From NCBI GenBank assembly GCA_002104905.1, contig MCFE01000045.1:124001-188000 (forward strand): a stretch of DNA of 64,000 nt, read 5' to 3'. How positions within the stretch are numbered: position 1 is the first letter of the stretch; the number at the start of each line of letters is the position of its first letter. Under the pieces are notes generated by a model that was not told where the DNA came from, did not search any database, and saw nothing but the letters and a program-made list of their open reading frames with translations. This document shows positions 48,961 to 60,705 of the stretch, piece after piece. The DNA is from Basidiobolus meristosporus CBS 931.73. Taxonomy: Eukaryota; Fungi; Basidiobolomycota. The translations under genes were made by a program, and so were the position numbers.

Positions 48961-49375
48961 TGTAGCGACCGACTAAATCAATTATATAAACTTTGCCGGT
49001 TGCTGAGCCAAGCTCACTCGCTCCTACTTTATCTATCTGTTTTTTCTTTTTCTGTTACCGCATCTTTTTTTGATATTTTTGAACTCAGGGCCATTGGTAC
49101 TTTTCCATTGTTCTATACTTATCTTCCACTTACAACTCAGCACAACTTATACCTATCTTGATATCTCTACCTTGGCGTTACTCTATTCTATTTTGAAAGC
49201 TATACAGTCTAGTATACACCACACTTCCCGATATTTCCTGCAAGTTTCCTGATGAACTGTATTGCGGATTGAGTGAACGAACGACCTATTTTCTACGAAT
49301 CCTCTTCTCCCTGATTACCCCTATTCTCTATTCTACTCATAGACAAATATTCCCTTGGTCTTCTAACCAACAAAC

Positions 49376-52169
49376 ATGTCTGAGCAACCCATGCAGATCA
49401 CGGAGGATCCTTCTCCCTCTATACCTTCAAATAATATCCCTCCCACCGAGCTTCACTTGAATTTCTCCTCACAGGAAACGCAAACTATCGCTAGTGCGGA
49501 AAACTTGTTTACAAATATGTCCCAAGACGCCATAAACCAGGCTTTTCTCAATCAACAGCTGGCCTCTCAACAGGAGCTCAACAACCTCCTTGCTGGCTCG
49601 TCCATGCTATCTGAAGGCATGATGCTGATTGATACACCCACCCTACCCTCACAAGAGATGCTGAGTCCTTCTAAAGTAAACCTTCACAATGCTAACCTAG
49701 AGAGCCTTGTTGTTTCGGGAGAGTCGACGCCCAGCGGTGGGCTGACCCCACAGGAGCAAGTGATGTCCTCCATGATGCAAATCCCCTCACACGGGGGTTT
49801 CCACACGGAGGTCCCCAATCTTGTGATGGCGAATAGCATGATATCTCCTACCGTACAGGAGCAGCAGTTCTTCGAAAACATGCTTACCGAGGCTAGCACG
49901 GGAACAATCGTATCGAACCCTCAAAATATGTTAGTAGGCGAGGGTATGCCTCTTGAACCACCCAGAAGCGTCCCCTCCATGGGCCCGATACACCCGACCT
50001 CGGGCACACAAATGTCAACCATGTTCCCGGATAATGGTAACATGATGAGCTTCGATATGGGTCTTTCACAAGCGCCACCCAAGCAACACGCCTTACGTGC
50101 AAACCGGCCGGCCCACCTTCGTCATGGCTATAGCAAATCGGTTTCCATGTTCACCCCTCCAAACCAACCGAGACCCTCGACCAGCACTCAGTATGTTGCG
50201 AGTAATCTTCAACCGATGCCCAACTCGCAGATTGCACCCACCATGCCCTCCGAGCGGATTCCACCTTTGTTCCAGAAACAAATGGTTGAAAACAGCCAGA
50301 TGCTTCATGCGATGCGTAAAAAAATGGGTCACCGGAGGCAGTATTCTGCACCGGAGCTGAAGTATTCGGGATTTCCTAGAAGCCCCGAGAAACAGCTGCT
50401 CCGGCAAACCACGGAGGGGCAAATGCTGAGACAGCGTGGGCTTATGCAAATGACGCCCATGAAACAAATGGCGCCCCATGAGTTACACGGGCTCAGCCCG
50501 GAGCAGATTGAGGCTTTGTCTTTACACTCTCATGGCGAGCCAGACCCGAAACCACTTAAAATACTAGAATACACGGCGGATGGCTACGGCATACTCCGAC
50601 CTAATAGCACAAACATGGCGAATCCCATGCAGGATGTGAAATGTGAGGAGCCTGAACCTCTTCATAAGCAGAGTTCTGTGGATGACATTTCTGCTAGCGA
50701 CAAGGTGAGTTCACTGGACAACTTAACCCGGGAGGAGCTGATCAAGAGGCTCCGGAATGTGGAGAGCGAGCTGGCCAAAACCAAGAATTCGCCCACGAAA
50801 TCCCCGAATTTGAAGGTGGAGACATCGGTCAGTCCTTTCGGAGAGACTGGATCTGAGCAGGGTGACGAAAGTAAGTCTAGGATCACAGATTGGTTCGCTT
50901 TGTGGTCCATTACTAACGAGGCCCATGTAGCTGGAACCGGGGATTCCGTCAGTCCAGTTGGCGCCCACTCCCAAACGCACCTACAAGCGACACCAGAGGA
51001 TAAACTGGTCGATGATGACGATGATGATGACGACGAGCCAGAAGACGATGAGGACTCGAAAGACGAGGAGAAGTCCGAAAAATCCCAGTCGTTCGATTGT
51101 CTCTGGGGTGACTGCTCAAGATCATTCCCGGCACTTGATGTTTTGATCTCGCATATTGGCCAGGAGCATATCGGAAGCGGGAAGGTAAGCAGGAGTCGCA
51201 ACTGACAGGCATCTATGGGTTGCAGTCTAAATTTGTCGCATCATTTCCTTAGGCTTCTTACAAATGTGAATGGCAAGGTTGCCCGCGGAATCAAAAGCCG
51301 TTCACCAAACGCCACAAGATGTACAATCACTTGCGAACCCACACTGGGGAGAGACCGTTCCAATGCCCTGTTGCAGGTACTTTCATATTCGGACCATTGT
51401 TTCTCTTTGAGTGGCTATTGATGAATCCTCCGTAGATTGTGGCAAACGATTCTCCAGACCCGACTCTCTGGCAACTCATGTTAAAACCCACTCCAACGTC
51501 AGACCATACATATGCCCCGTCCCAGGCTGTGGAAAAGCATACTACCATTCGCGCTCTCTACGCAAGCATATCAAAAGCCACGAGATGACACGCCCTCTCC
51601 AGATATTCTCCCAGAACATCCCTGGGGTGAGCCCACAAAATATGATCGACCTAAACAACCATCAGCTACTTGGGGCCAGCCAGCTAGGGATGACTCAAGG
51701 GATCAAGTATCACCATTACCAGCCGGACTCCTCGACATTCTCCACTCCAAAGCCTGGGGAAGAGATCCCCGCAATCAACAACGCACAGCCATCTGCTGCA
51801 CCTAGTGGAGGACATGGGCCAGCCATGGCCAGCTCCAACCTGAACACAAATGTGCCCAACGACTTCCCCATATCACCAGTGGATGTTTCCAACCTTCAGG
51901 GGACAGCGGCGATGATCGAGCCGCCTGTCCTTCAGTCTCATCAATTTGCCGATGACGACGCAAGAAGACTAGAGCCGGCCATCATGGCTACTCCTGGCTC
52001 CCTTACGTCGGAAATGTTAGACCAGCTGATTCAACAAGTAACTCCCCCGATACCTTCATCACACCCCACTACCCCGTCTGGTGAAGGGCTTGGAGCATCT
52101 CCTTTCATTCCTTCGACAGGATTCTCCGCCCAAGCCATTCCTACCATACCGACCACACAAACTCAGTAA
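49376..52169 (+). CDS. C2H2 zinc-finger transcription factor with four GLI/ZIC-like fingers (tandem CWCH2 pair), two introns
   Basis: FDCLWGDCSRSFPALDVLISHIGQEH / YKCEWQGCPRNQKPFTKRHKMYNHLRTHTGERP / DCGKRFSRPDSLATHVKTH / CPVPGCGKAYYHSRSLRKHIKSH; Met/Gln/Pro-rich N-terminus and an acidic tract. Confidence 0.92.
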
Positions 52170-52930
52170 GCTTCGTTGGCAGCAAGATCGGTTGAATTCA
52201 GCCATCATCGACCCCATGTATATAACTCCAAACAAAAGCAAAAACCCTTTTTGTCCGCTCAAAATGTGTTTTAGACAATCGGAGCCATGGTGCGAATTCC
52301 AAGCCAGCCAGAACCTATCTTTGCTTCCACCCCAAAATATAGAGGATCGCCGTTCGCTTTCACCCCGGACGACCAGCGCGAAGTAGAACTCCCAGCCGCT
52401 TCCCGCTTCCGTCGATTTTCCCATGTACAAAATTGAAATCATCGTTGCTTCCAGCTAACCTTGATACGCTTGACATCTCTTAAAACTATACAATGCACTC
52501 TATCCCACCAATCGGTACCGCCTGGTTAATGTATTCACTACGTATTTATTTCCAAGTGCTACATACCCCCTCCCCTCAATCTTTTGCAAACCCACTAACC
52601 TTATAATAAAAAACCCGCCAGAACAACGCGGTGCAGTTGTTTCTATTCCTAGAAATCCCTTTACCGTATCACATGATCTCTCAAATGTTGCTCACCCGAC
52701 CCTCTATCCCCCTATCCCCCTATCCCGTGCGAATGGAATAGGGAGCCAACCTCTGGTCGCCGGATAAACGATGAGGAAGGGGCAGGGGAAGCAACAATAT
52801 TATAGCCAATCGCTCGGGTGAATCTTTTGGCCAGAAGTAGTCATGGTAGTGCTTTGAGAAGAGTGACTATTATTGATTCATTTTGAGCCGCAACCAATGG
52901 AGAAAGGGGGGTTGACAAATAAGGACGGTA

Positions 52931-53961
52931 TCAAAGTGGTATAAGTACAAGTTGTTCTCCTTCGGCGCGGAAATGCCTGCTGATGGGATGTTCCATCTGT
53001 TTGGTGCTGATAGGTACGGTCTGTTGACGATCTTTGTTATATCGGGCGACCTTGAAATTGGTCGGAACATTGTCGATTTCCTAGATGATCGAGGGTGAGT
53101 GGGTGTTGCGTGGATCGGAGCATCGATGGCTGTAAGGGATATTACCTCACGAATCATCTCCACCGCTTTCGAAACACTCGCGCTGGGTGGAATGAAGATG
53201 GCGCCAAGTACCGTATGGGAATTTTGGGATTCGAGGCTAATCAATAATTCCTTGACCTCAGAGTTGGCTAAACGAATTGAATTAGAGGTGGGGTCGAGTG
53301 GGAAAAGCGCTATCGTGGGGTGGGCGTTACTTGGTTCGGTCGATACGGGCTGGCTGGGAGGGACGGGGACGCTTCATTGCTCGGCTGAGGTTTGTCTTCT
53401 TTTGTAGAGAAGGCCTGCTCTAACTTCTCAAATGGGAGCTTTACTCTGGGCTCCACCACATCATCTGGAATCGACCATAGTTTTCCAAGATCCGGAGAAG
53501 TGATATAGTTGGGAACAAAGCTCGGCTCATTGGAAGTGGTCTCGGTTTCTGGCTGCTCTTTTACCTCCACTTGAAAAGTAAACACCCATTTAGTATCGAA
53601 CTCAAGCCGGGTCAACATAATCCATTTCCACTAACATCCAAATGCCTCGCGGACCGTATTGGTTGTGGCCAAATCAGCAGCAGTTTGGCCCTTGTTGTTT
53701 TTCAAGGTGGGATCGGCTTCGTTGGTGAGAAGCAACTTGACAATCGTTGCATGGCCACGGTGCGCAGCCCAGTGGAGGGGTGACCTATATGGCGCGGGCT
53801 TTGAGTATTTGCTCTCGTGGTCCAATTCGCGAATGGACTTACCAGCCGTTGATCTTATTGACCGAGTTGACGTTCACCCCATTACGAATGTAGAGATAGA
53901 CGGCCTTGAAGTTACCAATAGCCGCCATCTCTCTAAGAGATTCCTCACGCTCGTCTAACAT
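52931..53961 (-). CDS. Ankyrin-repeat protein (ANKRD40-like), multi-exon
   Basis: MLDEREESLREMAAIGNFKAV..GVNVNSVNKINGW/SPLHWAAHRGHATIVKLLL..ADPTLKNNKGQTAADL; FVPNYITSP; C-terminal ELLVR-type block. Confidence 0.82.
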
Positions 53962-54423
53962 GGCCCGAAAGAAGAAATAAAAATTTCGAAAGAAACGGGT
54001 GCCGGTTCGGTGGTTATAATATTCGTATCCATGTCTCGACAAATCATTTTCCTGGTTTAATAAGAGGAGATTTATGCAGGAAAAGAAGCAATGTGGTAAT
54101 TGGTAAAGACCGGGCACCAAAGCAATTTTCATCTCGGCCATCCTTATGCATAAATGTGCTCGCCTATGATTAATTTCAATCCCATTGATTGTTGGCTTTG
54201 ACCAAATAACCTAGATTTGTTTATGGTTTGGAAAATCGGAAAATCGGAAAAATGGAAACGGGAGCCGTGATGTTTGTTGTGAAAGTCACTAGGTTACGGT
54301 GCTGTGGTACAAAATGAAGTTGATAAATACGGGCTTGGTCAAAGAGCATACACCCAGTCTCCTCTTGTATCATATTTAATTCACCAAGGATACTTCTCTT
54401 GTAATAGTAGTGTATACTCTCAG

Positions 54424-55695
54424 ATGGTAAACTTAAATAGGAAAAGTGTCGTCAAAGTCGCCGCTCGGTTACGCCCTAACGAACTACCAGCGGGGTCGCA
54501 ACTTCCATATGAAGTTGTAGAGCCCAACACAATCATACTGAAAGAGCAGAAGATCGCGAGAGGCGACTCCATTGAAAAAAAGCACTCGTTCACTTTCAAC
54601 CAAGTGCTTCAAGAATCCGCAACACAAGAGCAAGTGTACGCCACAACCGTGAAGCCTATGGTAGACGCATGGATAAACCAGGGAAAACACGCAGCAGTGT
54701 TCGCTTACGGATTTACGGGTACTGGAAAGAGTCATAGTTTATTTGGAACAGAGGAGCAGCCAGGTCTCGTTGTTTTGGCGGCTCAAGAGTTGTTGGATAG
54801 AGTAGATACCACTTCGGGGGTATCATTGCGGGTTTCGATGTATGAAATTGCCGGGGATAGTTGTTTCGACCTTCTAGCCGAAAAGAACAGACTGAAGGTC
54901 CGTACTGACGTCCACGGAAACATTCATCTTCGCCAAGAAGGAGGCGGTTCTTTGTCCAGGCATGTTGTGACTTCCATGAGCCAATTTCTCTCATTGTGGA
55001 CAAGTGCTATGAAGGCCCGTCGTGTTGGATCCTCGACAGTTCACGATGCCTCGTCCCGTTCGCATGGTATTGTAGATATGCAAGTAATCTCTGATGAGCT
55101 TGTCGAAGCAGAGAACCGAATCTTGTTCAGTGAGAAGGAGCTGATTCGACTTAGCAATGAAAAAGACGATATTCTGAAGGCACGCATCAAGGAGGCATAT
55201 GAAAAAGAAGGACCAGAAGCACTGGCTCCTGGGACGGCATTGGCAGAAGAAATGACACAACTAGGTGTGCCATACGAAGAGGCATCCAGAGCTTTGGATG
55301 AGGAGCGCCAGGCCTATTTAACACTACTCAGCGAGGCGCCTGCTGTTCAACAAGGCGGTTTTTCATTTATCGATATGGCAGGTAACGATTGGGAAAAAGC
55401 AACAGCAACACAGACGACCCTAGCCAGGGCCGAGCATGCTGCCATCAATTCCTCTCTTCTTGCAGTCAAAGAGTGTTTCCGTGCACTAGCCACTGTGCCT
55501 ACACCTGCTCGCATTCCATTCCGCAATTCGCCATTAACCCAGGTTTTAAAGCGACATTTTGCCCCCGGATCATTACTTCTAATGTTGGCAACATTAACGC
55601 TTCCGGTGACTTCTGATACAGAGGCCAACCAAACATATGTAAGACAGAGTCTAAACACACTGTCGTATGCCAAATTAGTTCAGAATAAAAAGTGA
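54424..55695 (+). CDS. Divergent intronless kinesin consisting of a motor domain only (423 aa)
   Basis: VKVAARLRP; FTFNQV; P-loop AYGFTGTGKSHSL; switch I SSRSHG; switch II variant FIDMAGND; INSSLLAVKECFRAL; IPFRNSPLTQVLK; SLNTLSYAK followed by a stop. Confidence 0.88.
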   Translation: MVNLNRKSVVKVAARLRPNELPAGSQLPYEVVEPNTIILKEQKIARGDSIEKKHSFTFNQVLQESATQEQVYATTVKPMVDAWINQGKHAAVFAYGFTGTGKSHSLFGTEEQPGLVVLAAQELLDRVDTTSGVSLRVSMYEIAGDSCFDLLAEKNRLKVRTDVHGNIHLRQEGGGSLSRHVVTSMSQFLSLWTSAMKARRVGSSTVHDASSRSHGIVDMQVISDELVEAENRILFSEKELIRLSNEKDDILKARIKEAYEKEGPEALAPGTALAEEMTQLGVPYEEASRALDEERQAYLTLLSEAPAVQQGGFSFIDMAGNDWEKATATQTTLARAEHAAINSSLLAVKECFRALATVPTPARIPFRNSPLTQVLKRHFAPGSLLLMLATLTLPVTSDTEANQTYVRQSLNTLSYAKLVQNKK

Positions 55696-55801
55696 CAAGT
55701 GTGGCTCAGAGATGATGCTACAGTACAAAAACCAACATGATTGTGGTTGACAAACTGTAAGGTTTATTGACACCGAGCAAACTTGCTAACAAATAGCCTT
55801 A

Positions 55802-58434
55802 TTAACTGATAGAGGGCTTCATCAGCTCTCGCTTGCAGTGCTTGTAGAGCTCGGAGAAGCGAATATGTAATAAAATGGTACCAGCAAACAGGTACCACTT
55901 CCAGTCGATATTATATTGCTTGAAACCAACGGTATTAACTATACATTGGGTGAACATAAGATTCCTGCCAACTAAACCAAACATGAATGGGCTTACTTGG
56001 GAAAATCTACAGAAGAACAAGAACCATGGACCAAACAAGAGTTTTGGATCTGAAGGTTCTTTTGAGCCTGGTGGTAGACCATTCTGTGTTGCGCAGACTT
56101 CTATTATTGATGCCTTGCGCGTAAAACAGAAGAATCAGCGTTACCAGCACGGTGCTACGTGCACGATAAAGTCCTTTACAACCGTCGCTATACTCATTAT
56201 TGCAATTCAGTGCTTGCACACCGTCAGCCAACACTATAATGAACGAAGCAACGAAGATTGCTCCTAATTCCAACCCATAGACAAACGTATCTAATAGTGA
56301 TTCAAAAGAAAATATGCTTTTCTTTGGCGATCTCGGGGGCTCGATCATTATAGTCTCGCTGGCCTCTTGAACCCCCCGCTCTGCCGCCGGAGGAGTGTCG
56401 ACAAAAAACGTGAAAAGAATCTGTATAGGACTCGGTGGGAATACTACCATGCATGAAGGCAGAATTTCTATTGCAGAATCAGTTCCAAATTGTAAATTAG
56501 TGCGTACAGTGCACTACTAATCTTGAGTATCCTGTAATGCGTCGCTTCTCTAATGCGCTGATAGTGATCGCTAAGTTATCGTGTGTTAAATGATATCGCG
56601 ATCCATTCTTTACATGCATGCCAACATCGGTCATGGTTGAAACATGCAAGTTCTTTTCATCTTTGACGCAAGATGTGAACTTTTCCAGGATGTCGCTAGA
56701 ATTTTTGATATCTTGGCAAAGAGGTAAAATTGCCTCTGTTGCGCCTTTGGTGAACACAACCACGTTTTTGAATAATTGAGACGACATACTACCGACATCC
56801 TCTTGATTGTCGAGCCGAATAGCTGCTCAAGTAGCTGTTGGGAATTTCCCTCCAAGTCGAGTCCGAATTTAAGAGCAAACATCTTCAGTGCAACCTCAGT
56901 GGAGCTTCCGCTAGCAGCTCATTCACCAGATTGATCTTCACGAACAGTTGCCATATTGCAAAGAGCTGAGCGTTGAATAAATTTCTTAAGGTTGAACCCT
57001 AGTTGTTGATAGGAATCTGATTTGCTCACAATAACATGGCTAATTTCTGGCGACGAGCCCAAGCGATAGACCTCCCCTTCTGGCTTCGAGGTTACTGAGT
57101 AGTAGCCTCATATGAATTTGACCAAAACATTCGGGCTTCGGTTAGAGTGTCAGTCTTCTTAAGTGAGGATAGTGGTTTAATTGCAAGGGTTACACAAAGA
57201 AAATATACGTTATCTGAACAGATGTTGGTTACTCCACCTAGGGTCTCCAGTGAGTTTAGTTTTCGTACAATAGCTTTCTTCTCAATCATCTCCTTGCCAC
57301 CAAGGACAAAAATTACAGTTAACATAGTGGTTATTCTAGCCGGTACAGCACATAAACCAGCAGTCATTGCGTACATCCGGACATCGTAGCTGATTGCCAT
57401 TGAACATTAGTGCAACCCTATTGACCCGTTAGAGAAATAAGTAACTTACGTAATATTGAATTTGTTAATTCCCATCACAATAATTGCAGCAATCACCGCG
57501 CTGAGTAGCAAAAACAAGGCCATAAGGTCCAAACTACAAAATCAACTTATTTAGCAATGGTTACTATTGAGGGATCCAGTATGCCCTACCTCTTCTGTAA
57601 GCGAGTTTGACCATGGTGCTAGCCTGTGTGATTGTTTTAGCAATCTTACCAACCTCAGTATTCATCCCAGTGGCTATTACTATGCCATTGGTCCGGCCTT
57701 TGCAGATGATGGTCGAGGAATATGCTATATTGCAACTATCTCCTATTGGTAATATAGTTTCTTTACACGGAACACCTAGCCTTCGGGAGACTTGGTTAGC
57801 CCGCTCATCAAATCTCCCTCTTAATATAAGTCTTAACCAACCTTCTGCCAACGTTCTCGGATTCACCAGAAAGAAGTGCTTCATCCACCTCAAAGTTGGA
57901 CCCATCAAATAATAGAATATTAGCGGCAATTGCATCACCCTCTTGAATCAATAGAATGCCCCCTGGGACCAATTCCCGACCTATTATTATCAGTTCTTTG
58001 CCGTCTCGGATGACACTAGTTGTGGGTGAGGCCATACTATGGAGCACCTTCATTGTTTGCTCTACTTGATACATTTGATGAACTTCTAGAAACGAATTCA
58101 GAAGAGTAATCGCAAGGACTAGGGAGCCTAATATGCAATCTTTCTGTACAAAAGACAAAATCTACAAATGCAGTTAGAAGACATCACAGTCTGATTTGAT
58201 ATCAATTTTTTACACTGTTACAGCGAGAAAGATATAGTTGATGGCATGTTTGAGTTGGTGTGATAGAAGGATATGCCACTTAGTATCACTAGCTCCGTCC
58301 AACTCATTGAGGCCGTATTGTTGCCATTTCTTGTGCATCTCTGAGCTACTTAACCCTGTCTCGATATCTGTATAGAGCATTTGAATCACCGTGTTGATAT
58401 TTAGTGAATGACATATTTCTGTTTTCGATGTCAT
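55802..58434 (-). pseudogene. ENA-type (P2D) Na+/K+-exporting P-type ATPase pseudogene
   Basis: Recognisable blocks: GLSSSE..YGLNEL; VIRDG..ELVPG; FEVDEALLSGES; GIVIATGMNTEVGKI; AIVRKLNSLETLGGVTNICSD..KTDTLT; VFTKGATE; IEPPRSPKKSIF. There are several stops and frameshifts, the DKTGT motif is broken, and the TGD/GDGVND region is missing. Confidence 0.85.
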
Positions 58435-58791
58435 TTAGCTGATTAGTTTATATACAAAGGCATACTCCACGATGACCACACCAGCTTCCCAATTTCAACT
58501 AAACAAACTTCCAGTGGCTCTCAGTACTTATCATATTGTGTAACCCAATGCCTATTCAAATCCGAAAAAAGGTCGAGCCCTGCCAAACTAGGTTACCAAA
58601 CAGCAAACCTTAAACGGTCATTGGAAAATCAAGTTTATAGTGTCCATTGAAGCCATTGCAATACTGCTTTGACTTTCATAATTTGATCTTGCCCTACACC
58701 CAGATACTTCATATGCGGCATATTTTACAGGCTTTCAGATGCTAAATACATCATCCAGTTGTTACTGACATCACCTATTCTTAATAATAAT

Positions 58792-59090
58792 TTACGTCAC
58801 TATTCCGGGTATTTACTACCATGATAAGGAAGCATCGCACCACGTCAAAAAAAGGTTTTACGTTTCTTTTGGCACAATATACAATAAACACAGACTTCTT
58901 ACTATGAAATACCAATCTTCTCCTTGTTTACTGTGATAGGGACGGATTTGGAAGCAAGGAATTTAGGAGATATTGAGACGTTCAACCAAGCGAAAGGATT
59001 AATATATGATAAAGTTGATGAGAGGGTTGTGTTTGGGGGATCTTGTTACGTGCTTAAGGAGTACGCAAATAGATAACGTGTATGTTATCT
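58792..59090. promoter_or_regulatory. Possible relic promoter elements upstream of the ENA pseudogene: CRE-like site and inverted GATA pair
   Basis: TTACGTCA at 58792-58799, ACGTCA at 58842-58847, and the AGATAAC-gtgtat-GTTATCT inverted repeat at 59071-59090. These short motifs could be chance. Confidence 0.25.
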
Positions 59091-59327
59091 CGTAGATTCG
59101 ACGGGGTAGTGTGTGAATATCTATCAAAAGGTTAGGATCGTGACTTGTAGAAACACATTCAATCATTTCTACTGCTCTTCCTACTTCTAACCAAACTTCT
59201 ACTTTATTTGATTGCCTGATTGGTATTTATACCTTGTCTCTTACTTTTCCCGGGCTACTAAGTCGTCTTTGTATACGTTGATGTCATTTAACATCGAGCT
59301 ATTGCGTACTCCAGAATAATTTGTGAA

Positions 59328-59409
59328 GGTGAGATGGCCGAGTGGTCTAAGGCGCTGCGTTCAGGTCGCAGTCTCTTCGGAGGCGTGGGTTCGAACCCCA
59401 CTCTCATCA
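59328..59409 (+). tRNA. tRNA-Leu (anticodon CAG), intronless, long variable arm
   Basis: Acceptor stem GGTGAGA/TCTCATC; D arm TGGCCGAGTGGTCTAAGGC; anticodon arm CTGCG-TTCAGGT-CGCAG; variable arm TCTCTTCGGAGG; T arm GTGGGTTCGAACCCCAC; downstream T-runs at 59411-59418. Confidence 0.97.
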
Positions 59410-60705
59410 ATTTATTTTACTGCCTCATCCATAGGTTCCCTTTCTGGTTGATTAGTACCATTGCGATACCCCCAATATGATTTTTACAACCTGAAGAAAT
59501 ATGGAGACTTTCGTACCTTGTATGAGTAATTTAACATTGAGTACTATCCAAGATTAAGTATTTGAAGGTTGAAGAACTAACATTGTGCTTCTCTGAACCA
59601 AAATAATCCTAGTCAGATTATAATGAACTACTGGTCAAATTGTACAATGTGAATAATCTAGACTTTGTAGTGTTTTTCGCAACAAATTTCCATTTGAATC
59701 AATCCATGATTTAATATCAAAATAGAGGGCGCATGTCCTCAATAGGATTTCTTAACATCCTAAAGCTCAGACCACTCGGGTTTAGTTGATCACTCAGAAT
59801 TTAGAGAATACGTGTTTAATATGGACTAATCAAAATAGGGTTACTAATCACATGGAACCACTTGCAGTTGTTTAAATTAGATAATGTATTCTCAAGTCAG
59901 CAGACGATACAGACCCGGGTTGCAATCCGAGTGTACCTGGGTTCTTTTAATCATTAGTAAGTAATGAGTCCCGTTTGCATCATAAAGAAAACTATATGTT
60001 ATTTATAAAATAACAGGTAAAAGTTTCCTACTGAGAATTGATCTTCCCCTAATTAATCCTCATCATTATAAATCCAGATCAGGAATCCGGTATATTATGG
60101 GATTGCTTGGACTCACAGATATCTTTTCGTCAATTTGATAAATATCAAGTCCAATTTGGAAGTTCACATATATTTAGATTCAGGATACTACGCATCAATT
60201 CTCGTGGTTTGAACCTCATCATTGCAGTGCTTAATGGGTGTTCCAAAGAGAGAGAGATTGTTCCGAATTGTTTTAATCTTTTTCGTTTGAAAGATTCAGT
60301 ATTGATTTAAATATCGCAAGGTTGAAAATAATCATGTTGAGGTTATTCTCCTTAACTACACCAATCGTCAAAACTGACCCTGAGTCATTGACCAACCAAG
60401 CTTGGAATATCTAGGGTTTGCTTATTTCTAATCTAATGTAATGAATTTCTGCTTGCCGGATCATCTATGTTAGGTTCAAATCAGAGCTAGCTTGATAAGC
60501 GCCAGTTAATGCAACAATGGTACGAGTGCTATAGAAACGGAACGCGCCATTGTAGTAATGATCCATTTACAATGGAGTTGTGTGATTATTCTTATCATCC
60601 ATCCACTGGGCGATGAATTAATTAATAGCCGGAGTTGGAAAAAATAATACCAGTGCTGAGATGAAATTTATTGGGCAACCAGTGTAGGCATACGTGATAA
60701 ATCAG

